Shown piece after piece: positions 50,810 through 60,247 of a DNA stretch of 64,000 nucleotides. The DNA comes from an uncultured Lachnoclostridium sp. Lineage in GTDB: Bacteria; Bacillota; Clostridia; Lachnospirales; Lachnospiraceae. The notes under the pieces are model-generated. The model did no database searches. It was given only the letters and a program-made list of their open reading frames with translations, and had not been told where the DNA came from. Position 1 is the stretch's first letter; every line of letters starts with the position of its first letter. Location: NCBI GenBank assembly GCA_944381625.1, contig CALWLW010000007.1:1-64000 (forward strand). Reading direction: 5' to 3'. Both the position numbers and the translations under genes were made by a program.

Positions 50810-51859
50810 CTAGAACTGCGCCTCATACTCCGCCCCTGCAAACAGGATCCTGCTGCCGTTTTTCAGCGGACACAGCTCATAAGGGTTCAGCTGCACCTGA
50901 TCCACCCATGTCCCGTTGGTGGAGTTCAGATCCTCCACATGATAGACAGCCCCGTCAAAGGTGATACGGGCATGGAGCCTGCTGACTGTGGGAGACGCGA
51001 TACATCCGTCAGCCCCCTCCTTGTTTTTCCCAATAATGAAAGTATCCGAGCCCACGGCAAAATCCGGATATTCCGGGTTCAGGCTGCGCAGTACCAGCCC
51101 CTCCTTCTTATCTTCTCCCAGGTACGCGGTCTCTTTGGACGGCTGTTCCCGAAGAAACAGCATCGATCCGCTGTTCAGTTGTTCCGCCTCCGCCACATAG
51201 TCCTCTATCTGAGGCCTCCTGTTTTTCTTCCGGAAGAAGTCTTTCCAGCCTCCGTTCTTCTCCGAGGGCTCCTCCTGTATCTCTTCCGGTTCTTTCCGCA
51301 TATATAAAGGTTCTGATTCTTTCTCCTCCGTATGCCTGCGGAGGATTTCCATCAGGCTGAAGTTTGGCTCCAGCGCGCTCTGATACAGTTCATAGCCGAA
51401 GGCAATCCCATCCGAATCGCTCTTATCCAGTTTTCCCAGCAGATATTCCGCCCAGTCCAGAAAAGCTTCCCGCATATCGCCTTCATACGCCGGATCAAAA
51501 CAAAGGAACAGCTTTTCTGTCCTGGTATGCAGATACATATATTCCGGTTTCAGTAAAAAATGATCAGGGTTCAGCAGGTATTCCCCGGCTGCTTCCAGGA
51601 TTTTTTCCAGATCTTTCAGAAGGCTTTTCAACTGCCTGCAGTTCAGCTTCCGGCGTTCATACATCAGGTTCATGCTCTGTTTGCCCGTTATTTCATAATA
51701 GTATTCCGTGCAGCCTTCCCGTTTCTGACAGACACAGGGAAGAAACCCGCCGATCCGGTTTTCTGTAACCATCCGCACCTCATAGTTCTCCTCCTCCTGC
51801 CCCCTCTCCGTCAGGATCATATAATTGCTGTTCAAATCTCTTTTGTATCTCACATCCAC
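50810..51859 (-). CDS. FHA domain-containing protein (C-terminal FHA; N-terminal domain of unknown function), last gene of the Tad pilus locus
   Basis: The C-terminus (RLHARITFDGAVYHVEDLNSTNGTWVDQVQL) matches the FHA phosphopeptide-binding fold. Confidence 0.75.
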   Translation of the reverse strand: MDVRYKRDLNSNYMILTERGQEEENYEVRMVTENRIGGFLPCVCQKREGCTEYYYEITGKQSMNLMYERRKLNCRQLKSLLKDLEKILEAAGEYLLNPDHFLLKPEYMYLHTRTEKLFLCFDPAYEGDMREAFLDWAEYLLGKLDKSDSDGIAFGYELYQSALEPNFSLMEILRRHTEEKESEPLYMRKEPEEIQEEPSEKNGGWKDFFRKKNRRPQIEDYVAEAEQLNSGSMLFLREQPSKETAYLGEDKKEGLVLRSLNPEYPDFAVGSDTFIIGKNKEGADGCIASPTVSRLHARITFDGAVYHVEDLNSTNGTWVDQVQLNPYELCPLKNGSRILFAGAEYEAQF

Positions 51860-51872
51860 GATAACACTCCCC

Positions 51873-52277
51873 CTATTCTCTCAGCCATCTGCTCCTGCGT
51901 ATCGTCTCGCACGGAGCAATCCTGTATATTGTCCTTTCTACGTCGATCTCCTCCTCCGGAAAAAAATATCCGCCGCCGGCCACACGGATCTTCACACGCA
52001 GGGGATTTACCTGTACCTCTATTTCCTCGCCGCCCATCCACAGAAGCCGGGAGGCAAGCTTTCGCTCCAGATCCGCCCTGATATTCTCCTCTATGTTCCG
52101 GTCTCCGGTTCCATCCCGGTAGATCCCTTTCACCCCGGCTTCCATCACCGCATGAGCACAGACCGCATAGTCATGGGCATATAACGTGAAAAACACAGCA
52201 TACACCAGCAGCAGACAGATTCCCGGCACAAGCAGAGCCGCCTCTACCACAAATCTTCCCCGTCTCTTCCATTTCAT
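51873..52277 (-). CDS. TadE/TadG-like pseudopilin
   Basis: 134 aa. N-terminal RRGRFVVEAALLVPGICLLL motif. Confidence 0.65.
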   Translation of the reverse strand: MKWKRRGRFVVEAALLVPGICLLLVYAVFFTLYAHDYAVCAHAVMEAGVKGIYRDGTGDRNIEENIRADLERKLASRLLWMGGEEIEVQVNPLRVKIRVAGGGYFFPEEEIDVERTIYRIAPCETIRRSRWLRE

Positions 52278-52295
52278 TGCAATGACGCCATCCTC

Positions 52296-52691
52296 TCAAT
52301 TCCAGCCCCTCAATACATATGCCGCAGTCAAAAACGGGACCAGCGGCATCTCTTTTCTCCTCATCAGGAACGCCGCCCCTGCCGCATACAGGATACCTGT
52401 CCCCACCATGCCCAGCAGTTCCGGCATACTCATCCAGGTTCCCAGCGACAAAACCAGGAAGCCGTCCCCATACCCGATCCTTTCTCCGCTCAGATAACCT
52501 ATGGCCAGAAGTCCAAGTCCGGGCAGCGCGTTTATCGTTCTACCCGCCAGAAGAGCCGACACGGTACCGCTGACACCCAGCGTTCCTATCAGGCACACAG
52601 ACACGAATCCACTGTACAGGTCTTCCGCGCTGAGCGCCGTCAGATGCAGCAGTACCCAGCACCAGCCTATTCTCCCCCACATTTTGAGCAC
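52296..52691 (-). CDS. A24-family prepilin peptidase (CpaA/TadV-like)
   Basis: 131-aa polytopic protein with conserved Asp residues (LSAEDLY, GYGDGFL). Confidence 0.75.
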   Translation of the reverse strand: MLKMWGRIGWCWVLLHLTALSAEDLYSGFVSVCLIGTLGVSGTVSALLAGRTINALPGLGLLAIGYLSGERIGYGDGFLVLSLGTWMSMPELLGMVGTGILYAAGAAFLMRRKEMPLVPFLTAAYVLRGWN

Positions 52692-53419
52692 GCACGCCTT
52701 CCCGCCGCTTCCCTGAGCGGAACCATCATCACGGTTCTTTTCAGACCGCTGCAGGATCTTCGATTGTGATACCGGTCCCCGTAATCGGTTACATAGACGC
52801 TGCCGCCCGGCGCCTCGTTCTTCACGCAGGTTTCACAGGGATCATATCTGCTTCCCGACAGGTTTCTCGCCGTTTCCAGGCCTCCCGCCGGAATGCTCCG
52901 GATACTCAGTCTCAAGTATGTGCAGTCTGCACTTTTATGGTATACGGTACCCTCCGGCGTAATATACACAAAGGTCTCTGCCCTGCCAAAATCTTCTTCT
53001 CCGGCGTATCCTATCCAGGCCCGCACCACCGCCTTCTGCACGGTACTCTGGGATCCAAAACCCAGCATCCCGTAGGGAAGGGACAGGCCGCTGTAATCAT
53101 ATAATTTTATATAGGGATCTGACTGAGAAGCGCCCACAGTAACGGCCAGAGTCTGCGCACGTTCCATCAGGGCCCGGGCTTTTCTGCCCTGGACTGCGGT
53201 CATGGAAAAGATACTCAGCAGCGCAGCCACTGCGCAGAGTAAAAACGGGAGCGCCAGCGCCGTTTCCAGCGTCAGGCTTCCCCGGCAGGAGGCATGCGGG
53301 GAACCCCTTCTTTCCGCATTACATCTGACATTGTGGGGTGTCTGGAGATTTTTATTTATTGGCGGAAAGCATCCATCAGGCTCCCCCGCATACCCCCTGC
53401 CGGTTTTATTCATATCCAT
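52667..53419 (-). CDS. TadE-like pilus assembly protein with Cys-rich C-terminal module
   Basis: The TadE motif GSLTLETALALPFLLCAVAALL lies about 45 aa into the ORF, so the true start may be an internal non-ATG codon. The C-terminus has CxxC...CxxC (DPCETC...CSKCGG). Confidence 0.5.
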   Translation of the reverse strand: MDMNKTGRGYAGEPDGCFPPINKNLQTPHNVRCNAERRGSPHASCRGSLTLETALALPFLLCAVAALLSIFSMTAVQGRKARALMERAQTLAVTVGASQSDPYIKLYDYSGLSLPYGMLGFGSQSTVQKAVVRAWIGYAGEEDFGRAETFVYITPEGTVYHKSADCTYLRLSIRSIPAGGLETARNLSGSRYDPCETCVKNEAPGGSVYVTDYGDRYHNRRSCSGLKRTVMMVPLREAAGRRACSKCGGE

Positions 53420-54839
53420 ACGTCCTTTCTAAAAAAACCCCCTCAAACCACACCTGAGCCGTCAACCGGTCCACACAATGATCCAGGTGGATACGTCCGC
53501 ATCCCTCCATGTGCTGCAGTTCCCCTTCTATCACATCCAGCGTCCGCATGGCCAGCGTCTCCGGCGGCAGAAGGGTCAAAAACATCCTCAGATAGTCCTC
53601 ATAATCCGCTCCTTTTTGTTCTCCTCCCTGGCCGTCATACTTTCCGGGATTTTCAATCAGAGCCAGAAGACCGGACAGCGGTACCTGCCAGTCCTCCTCT
53701 GTTTTCCAGAGTGCCAGTTCATGCCCCGCCAAAAGCTGCCTGAGTTCTGCCACGCTCTCCCCATAGGCCCAGCTTAGAAGGATCAACTGTTCCAATGCGT
53801 GTATCACCTCCGCGTTTCCTGTGAGCACGCCCAACAGAGATGCCAGAATCTGAGCCTGGTTCGACAAAGCAGGATGGGTGAGAAGAAACACATAATTTAC
53901 TCCTTCCCTCAAAAGCAGTATTCTCAAAATCACCTGATCCAGATTTTCCTGATCAGACGCTTTCCCGCACAGCACATACTCCATCTGATAATCCAGCCAT
54001 CCCTCCCGTTCCTCGGCCGCAAGCCCTTCCTGGGCCTGCCGCAGATATTCGCAAAGATAGCTGATAAACCACTGCTTTTCCATCAGGTTTCCCTCTGTCC
54101 CCTCTGTCTGTCCGCTTCCCACGGACAATTCCCGGACAGACGGCGCCTGAGACAGATCTACCGTCTTGCCGGATATCTCCTGATGTCCCGGAACCGCCAT
54201 GGAACACAGGAAACTTTTGCGCAGGCCATCCCACTGTAGCGCCTCCTCTTCCAGTTCCCCGTCTTCTCCGTCTTCGTATTCCCGCACAATCCCTTCATAT
54301 TTTTCACAATCCTCCTCATAACGCTGCGCGTTATTTTCTGCTTCTTTCAGGAACTCCTGCTGCATGAGCCAGTCCTGCGCCAGAGAGACTCCGCTTCTTT
54401 CCTTCATAATCCTGACCGCCTGCCGGTAGAATACCGCCCCCTGGCCGTCCGTCAGCCGCTCGCAGTCCTGAACCTGCACCCCCTGCAGATCCAGTCCTGC
54501 CGGAAGGCTGCCTCCCACATCTTCCAGCTGCATGGTCAAATATTTCCAAAGATGGGCACATGCCCTGTCCTCCCTCTGTACGCCGCTTCCATACGAAAGA
54601 TCCAGGCAAAACAGATCGTACTCTTCCAGAAGATGCGTTTCATATTCTGAAAAAACGGAAAACATTCCCGCTTCCACCGCCTGTTCCGCTCTTTGCCTGA
54701 GATACTGCTTCTGGACAGACTGCAGGCAGACGAGATACAGAGTCAGAAATACCAGGAAGCAAAGAGAAAGCCACACCGTAACCTGCCCGGACTCCTCAGA
54801 TACTGCCGCTCTGCGAAACGATTTTATCGAAAATATCAT
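53406..54839 (-). CDS. Hypothetical pilus-locus protein with N-terminal TM anchor
   Basis: 477 aa. TM helix VTVWLSLCFLVFLTLYLVCL. Its position inside the tad locus is conserved in Clostridia-type loci. Confidence 0.5.
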   Translation of the reverse strand: MIFSIKSFRRAAVSEESGQVTVWLSLCFLVFLTLYLVCLQSVQKQYLRQRAEQAVEAGMFSVFSEYETHLLEEYDLFCLDLSYGSGVQREDRACAHLWKYLTMQLEDVGGSLPAGLDLQGVQVQDCERLTDGQGAVFYRQAVRIMKERSGVSLAQDWLMQQEFLKEAENNAQRYEEDCEKYEGIVREYEDGEDGELEEEALQWDGLRKSFLCSMAVPGHQEISGKTVDLSQAPSVRELSVGSGQTEGTEGNLMEKQWFISYLCEYLRQAQEGLAAEEREGWLDYQMEYVLCGKASDQENLDQVILRILLLREGVNYVFLLTHPALSNQAQILASLLGVLTGNAEVIHALEQLILLSWAYGESVAELRQLLAGHELALWKTEEDWQVPLSGLLALIENPGKYDGQGGEQKGADYEDYLRMFLTLLPPETLAMRTLDVIEGELQHMEGCGRIHLDHCVDRLTAQVWFEGVFLERTYGYE

Positions 54840-54978
54840 TCACCACCCCTGTAATCTGATTTTTAAATATAATAACCAGGCCAATCAGGACGACGATAAT
54901 CAGGATCACCTCCACAACGCCCATACCGTTCTCATTTTTCCAAAAAACATTCCAAAAATTTCTCATTCTGTTCTTCAT
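54796..54978 (-). CDS. Flp/Fap family type IVb pilin
   Basis: 60-aa product MKNRMRNFWNVFWKNENGMGVVEVILIIVVLIGLVIIF. It has the G/XXXXEY-like Flp processing motif and an AAGGGAGAG RBS. The ORF-track N-terminal extension was discarded. Confidence 0.7.
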   Translation of the reverse strand: MKNRMRNFWNVFWKNENGMGVVEVILIIVVLIGLVIIFKNQITGVVNDIFDKIVSQSGSI

Positions 54979-55007
54979 TCTATCTCTCCCTTTTTCTCCG
55001 GCCGCCC

Positions 55008-56237
55008 CTAGAATTGAAAGGACACGGCAGCCGGATACATTACCATTGCCAAAATCGTGACCAACAGCAGCAGCATGGGAAACAACAGCTTGCTCTCGCA
55101 TTCCTCCCCCAGCTTCTTCGCCAGCGCCTTCCGATCCTCGAACGCTTCCCTCGCCTCCTCCTCCAACAGACGGGGCAGGTCCTTATTCCCTTTCCGCAGA
55201 TTCTGTCCCAGCAAAGTTCCCAACTTCAGATAAGAAGGAATCCGGCATCTGATCCCAAACCGCTCATAGGCGTTTGTCTCAGGAACGCCGCTCTGCATCT
55301 CATGCAGTGTGGTGAGCATCTCTTCATAGGCTGGCCTGCTGCCTTTGCGCCGGCGTTTTTCATAGCCGTCCGCAATCCGCTCCCAGGCGCTTCGCGTACT
55401 CATGCCCGCATTCATATACAGACTCAGTCGGCTGATAATATCCGGATAATCCATCTGCATACTCCGCTCCCGCTCCTTTTCCTTCTGTTCCTCCTCCCGG
55501 CGCCTGCCCACAATCAGGAAACATACTGCCGCTGCTGTCAGCATCCCCATATACATCCATCTGTCATCCATCTGCGCATACCAGGACACCGGTTCCCCGT
55601 ATACCGCATCCGGCAGCGCCAGCGTCCCGGACGCTTCCTCCTGCGCCTCCTGCACCTGATACTGAAGCATCCGAATCTTTTGCTCCGGCGAAGGAGACGT
55701 CACCGGACAGACAATCATCTCCCGTTCCCACTCCAGAGTCTCCCCCTGCAGGCTTAAGACCGCCTGAACCCGCACCGGCGTTTCTTCCTTTATCCGTTCT
55801 CCCTGAACGGTCCCGTCCGGCTTAATCAGCTCCCAGGAATCCAGATACCACTGAATCTGGACGGATGTCCCCGGAAATTCTGAAGGCAGATAAAGATCTG
55901 TCTGTATATGTTGTAAATCTTTATTTCCGTTCAGCATCGTTTCTTCCAGAAGCTTAGCCGCCTCCGAGAGCTGTTTTGAAACTTCCTCGCTCTCCATGGG
56001 TGTTTCTGTTAAGAGCAGCCGCACTGTATAGTCCTTCTCTCCCATACGCACCTGCAGTCTTTGTTCCAGGTCTCCTTCCCCATACTGAGGACGTTCCATC
56101 TCCCACAGCTGCTCCCGTCCGGCAAAACTGAATGCCCCGAAGGCCAGGGTCAGCAGCGCCCCAACCGATGCTATGCAAATGACTTTTGTTCTATATTTCA
56201 ATATCCACCAGCCTCTTTCCCAATATATATGCCGCAA
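55008..56237 (-). CDS. TadC-like pilus assembly protein (T2SS-F domain) with extra N-terminal extracytoplasmic domain
   Basis: 409 aa. The C-terminal 150 aa form a T2SSF-like module. Confidence 0.65.
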   Translation of the reverse strand: MRHIYWERGWWILKYRTKVICIASVGALLTLAFGAFSFAGREQLWEMERPQYGEGDLEQRLQVRMGEKDYTVRLLLTETPMESEEVSKQLSEAAKLLEETMLNGNKDLQHIQTDLYLPSEFPGTSVQIQWYLDSWELIKPDGTVQGERIKEETPVRVQAVLSLQGETLEWEREMIVCPVTSPSPEQKIRMLQYQVQEAQEEASGTLALPDAVYGEPVSWYAQMDDRWMYMGMLTAAAVCFLIVGRRREEEQKEKERERSMQMDYPDIISRLSLYMNAGMSTRSAWERIADGYEKRRRKGSRPAYEEMLTTLHEMQSGVPETNAYERFGIRCRIPSYLKLGTLLGQNLRKGNKDLPRLLEEEAREAFEDRKALAKKLGEECESKLLFPMLLLLVTILAMVMYPAAVSFQF

Positions 56238-56922
56238 GATAAACCGCCAGGCAGGCCGTCATCACCGCAGCTCCGGGCAGACAGTGGTACAGGCCTTCCA
56301 GAAACTCTGCGGACCCCACGCGCAGATACAATAGGATCGCGGCCGGCATAATCGACATGATCTTCTGTTCATACGCCCTGGCAGACAGCAGGGTCTCGAT
56401 CTCTCTGCGGGTATCCAGTATCTCCGTCATCTGCCCGGCAGTACTGCGTATCACTGAATTTAAACCGCCGCCGCTTCTTTTTGCCGTGCAGAATACCTCC
56501 ACAAAGCTCTGAATCTCCGGCAGCGGATACGCAGCCGCAAACTCTTTAAGCATCTCCTCCGCGCCCTGGTTATTCTCTGACCTGGCCAGCATATCCTTCA
56601 GCGCGTCCAGCATCGGTCCCCCGGACGGGAACATCAGCTGCAGTTCCCGGTAAGACTGACGAAAAGCGTTCTCCACAGAATATCCCGCGGAAAGCGAGCC
56701 TGCCAATAACAGAATCCATTCCCGGAACATCTTTCTTAACCGCGCCTGCTCCTTCTTCCTCCTGGACTCCCGCCGCTCCCTGTGCCACAGCCAGGCCAGG
56801 GGGCTCATGGGAATTGCCGCCAGCAGCGTATCGTAAAACAAAAGCGCCCCGGCCGCGGTAAGAAGCAGCCCCTGAAGGATATCCGCGGCCAGTTCTTTTC
56901 TATCCGGCCTCCATACCGGCAC
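56191..56922 (-). CDS. TadB-like pilus assembly protein (T2SS-F domain)
   Basis: 243 aa with 3-4 TM helices and a T2SSF pattern. Confidence 0.7.
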   Translation of the reverse strand: MPVWRPDRKELAADILQGLLLTAAGALLFYDTLLAAIPMSPLAWLWHRERRESRRKKEQARLRKMFREWILLLAGSLSAGYSVENAFRQSYRELQLMFPSGGPMLDALKDMLARSENNQGAEEMLKEFAAAYPLPEIQSFVEVFCTAKRSGGGLNSVIRSTAGQMTEILDTRREIETLLSARAYEQKIMSIMPAAILLYLRVGSAEFLEGLYHCLPGAAVMTACLAVYLAAYILGKRLVDIEI

Positions 56923-58132
56923 GCAGAAATTTTTCCGTATGTTTCATCTCCCCCATCCTCTCCTGTACTCCGACAATCCTGCCGGACACTTCCCCGGTTT
57001 CCCGGAAGGAAAACAGCGGATTAAACGCCACCTGTTCTCCCTCCATACCGGTCACTTCCGTGATTTCCAGAAGCCTGCGGCTCTTATCCCGCAGCCTCCC
57101 CAGATAAACGATTACATCAATTCCGGACGCAATCTGCCTCCGGATCGCCTGCAAAGGCAGTTCCATACCCATCAGGACCATGGTCTCCAGCCGGGTGACC
57201 GTATCCCTGGTGCTGTTGGCGTGACAGGTGCAAATGCCCCCGTCATGCCCCGTATTCAGGCAGGTCAGCAGTTCGAAAGCTTCGGCTCCGCGTACTTCTC
57301 CTACGATGATCCTGGAGGGTCTCATACGCAGGGAGGCCCGGATCAGATCCCGGATCGTAATCTCCCGGCTGTCCTCCATAACGGCGGATCTCGTCTCCAG
57401 ACGCACCAGATTCTCCACGCTTCGGATCTGCAGTTCTGCCGTATCCTCAATGACGATGACTCTCTCATCCGAAGGGATATACTCCGAAAGCGCATTTAAG
57501 AATGTGGTCTTTCCGGAGCCTGTCCCACCGGCCACCAGGATGGAATAACCGGCACGTACCGTTTTCTCCAAGAAAGAGGCTTCCTCCTCCGATATGCTCT
57601 CCAGCTCCATCAGGCGCTTCATCGTCATGGGCTCTTTAGGGAATCTTCGTATTGTGATAATCGGCCCATTAACCGCCACCGGCGGAAGTACCACATGCAG
57701 CCGGTCTCCATTCTCCAGCCTGGCGTCCACAATGGGCTGTGATTCATTCACTGTCCGGTTGCAGGCCGCCGTCATCTGTCGGACAATGTCCTGAATCCGG
57801 TCTGCGGAACGAAAACGCTTTTCACTGCGGGTAAGCCGCCCGTTTTTCTCCACGAAAATACCGTCCATGCCGTTTACCATGATCTCCGTCACATCCGGCT
57901 CATCCAGCAGCTCCTGCAGCACATCCAGGCGCCGCAGCGCATGAAACAGTTCTTTTCTCAGCCGGCACCGCTCATCCAGCGGAATATGCCGCTCGCTTTT
58001 ACATGCAAGGATCACCTGGTCGATGAGATCCTGTATCTCTTCATCTGGGACTTCCCTGCTCAGATCAATCCGCTCCAGTATCTGTTCCTTCAGACGGATA
58101 AAAACCTCCGCTTCTTCCTGCACATAATCCAT
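56900..58132 (-). CDS. CpaF/TadA family pilus assembly ATPase
   Basis: Walker A GGTGSGKTT. His box and Asp box of VirB11/CpaF ATPases. The start was trimmed to MDYVQEE with a GGAGGAAGC RBS. The 111-codon ORF-track extension overlaps the upstream gene and has no RBS. Confidence 0.85.
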   Translation of the reverse strand: MDYVQEEAEVFIRLKEQILERIDLSREVPDEEIQDLIDQVILACKSERHIPLDERCRLRKELFHALRRLDVLQELLDEPDVTEIMVNGMDGIFVEKNGRLTRSEKRFRSADRIQDIVRQMTAACNRTVNESQPIVDARLENGDRLHVVLPPVAVNGPIITIRRFPKEPMTMKRLMELESISEEEASFLEKTVRAGYSILVAGGTGSGKTTFLNALSEYIPSDERVIVIEDTAELQIRSVENLVRLETRSAVMEDSREITIRDLIRASLRMRPSRIIVGEVRGAEAFELLTCLNTGHDGGICTCHANSTRDTVTRLETMVLMGMELPLQAIRRQIASGIDVIVYLGRLRDKSRRLLEITEVTGMEGEQVAFNPLFSFRETGEVSGRIVGVQERMGEMKHTEKFLRAGMEAG

Positions 58133-58140
58133 GCTTCCTC

Positions 58141-59139
58141 CTACTCCTTCAGCAGTCCCCGGATATAAGTCCCCAGCCCCTGCCATGGCAGCGCGGACAG
58201 TTCCTCCACGCTGCCGACTCTTCCTTCGGCAGCGGGCAGCTCCAATACCTGCAGTTTTTCCAATACATCCACTCCGTCTAAGATCTGAATGTATTTCTGC
58301 CACTGGGCAAGCTTTGCCTGGGAGATCAGATCTGTCCCTGCCGGCACATAGATGCCGTCGCATTGACGGAGCAGATCCGGCTCGTGCCCTGCCATATTCC
58401 CCATGTCCAGGATCACCGCCTGGTAATCGCTCTGGACACGGATCAGATGCAGAAGCTTCTGCCACTCTTCCACAGTGATCTGCCGAAAGTCCATATAAGA
58501 GTCACAGGCCGGGACATAGTCTAACCGGTCCCATTTGCGGACCATACTGTTCAGCCGATAGAGAAATGACGATTTTTTTTGTCTGAAAAAATAGATCAAG
58601 TCGGAAAGATTCCAGCTGTTGTTCCCGGAAAGCTCTGACAGCCCGGAACATTCTTCCAGATTTAGATATAAAACATTCTTGCTTTCCGCGAGAATCTGCC
58701 CCAATGTAAGGGCAAACACCGTTTTCCCGCTTCCACCGACCGGCGAATATACTCCGATCACCCGGTTGTCCCTGCGGATGCCAGTCAGGCAGATGTCTTC
58801 TTCACACTGCTCTGAATAATAGTAGAGAACTTCCCTGAGAATATTTTCTGCGGACTGGTACTTGTACACGGCTGGATACATGCGCAGTTCTGACGGCAGA
58901 CTGCCTTCGGACAGAAAGATCACACACTCTCCTTTGATCCGGTCCTTGCACACCGGATACCACTCTGCTGTTATCAGCAATATTTCGATCTCTTCTCCGG
59001 CAAACGCCTGCAGCAGCTGCTCCTTCTCCGTGCACATCCTTACCTGAAACAATCGGTCTTCTTTCAGATTCGCATATTCCATAAAAGCCTTTGCAAAGGC
59101 CTCCTGTGAATCTGCAATCCATAATCCTGTGCTTTTCAC
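58141..59139 (-). CDS. CpaE/TadZ-like protein: degenerate receiver-like N-domain plus ParA/MinD-type ATPase
   Basis: P-loop GVYSPVGGSGKT. The start was chosen at GTG (VKSTGLWIADS) with an AGGAGG RBS. Confidence 0.7.
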   Translation of the reverse strand: MKSTGLWIADSQEAFAKAFMEYANLKEDRLFQVRMCTEKEQLLQAFAGEEIEILLITAEWYPVCKDRIKGECVIFLSEGSLPSELRMYPAVYKYQSAENILREVLYYYSEQCEEDICLTGIRRDNRVIGVYSPVGGSGKTVFALTLGQILAESKNVLYLNLEECSGLSELSGNNSWNLSDLIYFFRQKKSSFLYRLNSMVRKWDRLDYVPACDSYMDFRQITVEEWQKLLHLIRVQSDYQAVILDMGNMAGHEPDLLRQCDGIYVPAGTDLISQAKLAQWQKYIQILDGVDVLEKLQVLELPAAEGRVGSVEELSALPWQGLGTYIRGLLKE

Positions 59140-59325
59140 AATAACCTCCTGCAACACAAAGCTTTTCTCCACGCTGCAATAAAATAATGGAATTTGGCTC
59201 AGAAAATATCGTTGAGCCTGTGGCGAATGCCACATCTGGATAAACGTTTATCTTGATTTTATTATAATGAATCTTGTCCCCCAAGTCTATGCACTTTACA
59301 GTTTGTTTACAATTTTAGGAAATAC

Positions 59326-59598
59326 TCACAAAAAATGAAAAGCTGTTACCGCATAAAGCAGAGAAACCCCGTTAAAACCAAGGGTTCCGGACATCAAAAG
59401 ACTTAAGGGATTGATCCCCACCTCCCATGTGATCCCCATGGATTTCAGCGCCATATTCACACCGCAGATGGCGATTCCCCCCATCACTGCCCGCAGGCAG
59501 AAATTCAGGATAAATTCTGCCTTATTTTTCACCGCCACCAAAAAAAGCACCAGCAGGCACGCGCCCGCAATCACGATCATTCCCGCTTCTTTTTCCAT
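59326..59598 (-). CDS. bofA: Pro-sigmaK processing inhibitor BofA family protein
   Basis: About 90-aa two-TM protein ending in GINPLSLLMSGTLGFNGVSLLYAV, which is characteristic of BofA. Confidence 0.6.
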   Translation of the reverse strand: MEKEAGMIVIAGACLLVLFLVAVKNKAEFILNFCLRAVMGGIAICGVNMALKSMGITWEVGINPLSLLMSGTLGFNGVSLLYAVTAFHFL

Positions 59599-59726
59599 GC
59601 CGTTCCTCAAGAGTCCTTTTGCTTCAATATATGAGGACATCCTGAAAATATTCCTTCCTGCTGTATAAATATGGAATCCCGAGACTATACTTTTAGTAAC
59701 CCGATTTTCCCAGAACAGGAAGGAAG

Positions 59727-59954
59727 ATGCAGATGAAACGTTCGGAACAGAAAGAAAATATGGATTCACGTAAAAAACAGCTCCTGGAAGACATCCGAAA
59801 AACAAAGTACGCGCTGGACTGCGCCTACTCCAATTTTGAAAACGTGGTTGACCCGGACCTGATCGACTGTTCCATCTACGAACTGCAGGCCGTACAGATG
59901 CGTTATCGTTTTCTTCTGAGACAGGCGGAGCTTCTGGACTCCATCTCCGGCTGA
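59727..59954 (+). CDS. YaaL family protein (DUF2508)
   Basis: 75 aa (KTKYALDCAYSNFENVVDPDLIDCSIYELQAVQMRYRFLLRQA). Confidence 0.65.
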   Translation: MQMKRSEQKENMDSRKKQLLEDIRKTKYALDCAYSNFENVVDPDLIDCSIYELQAVQMRYRFLLRQAELLDSISG

Positions 59955-60101
59955 AAGATTTTACTCCCCTTTACCGTTTTTTCGAATCATTTTACATGCA
60001 TTTTACCTGGCTTTTCTCCCTTTTTACACCCGCTGGAAACCTTTGTTTAATGTACACAATCATGAGCAAAAATCTTTGTGGTTATAGCGAATTGAAATTG
60101 G

Positions 60102-60130
60102 CCGTTATATATGCTAGTATGAAATCAACA
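60102..60130 (+). promoter_or_regulatory. Near-consensus sigma-A promoter (-35 TTGAAA, 17-nt spacer, -10 TAGTAT) for a short leader and the downstream ABC operon
   Basis: TTGAAAttggccgttatatatgcTAGTATgaaatc. Confidence 0.5.
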
Positions 60131-60161
60131 GAAGTTCTAGCGTATGGGTAAGGACAAGATG

Positions 60162-60201
60162 TTACTGGGGTAGCATTTTGTCCTTTTTTTTCGGACATAA
60201 A
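60162..60201 (+). terminator. Strong intrinsic terminator (14-bp stem, UGGG loop, U8) in the leader 45 nt upstream of the SBP start codon
   Basis: GGACAAGAUGUUAC UGGG GUAGCAUUUUGUCC UUUUUUUU. Confidence 0.7.
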
Positions 60202-60247
60202 GCCCATGCCAGACTCTGCACCACACATTCTAAGGAGGAAAAAGTTT

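Noticed and set aside
60140-60160. GUUCUAGC motif in the leader that resembles the preQ1-I riboswitch loop
   Set aside because: There is no flanking P1 stem and no A-rich 3' tail with the CUA pseudoknot partner. The downstream genes are sugar ABC transporter components rather than queuosine genes.
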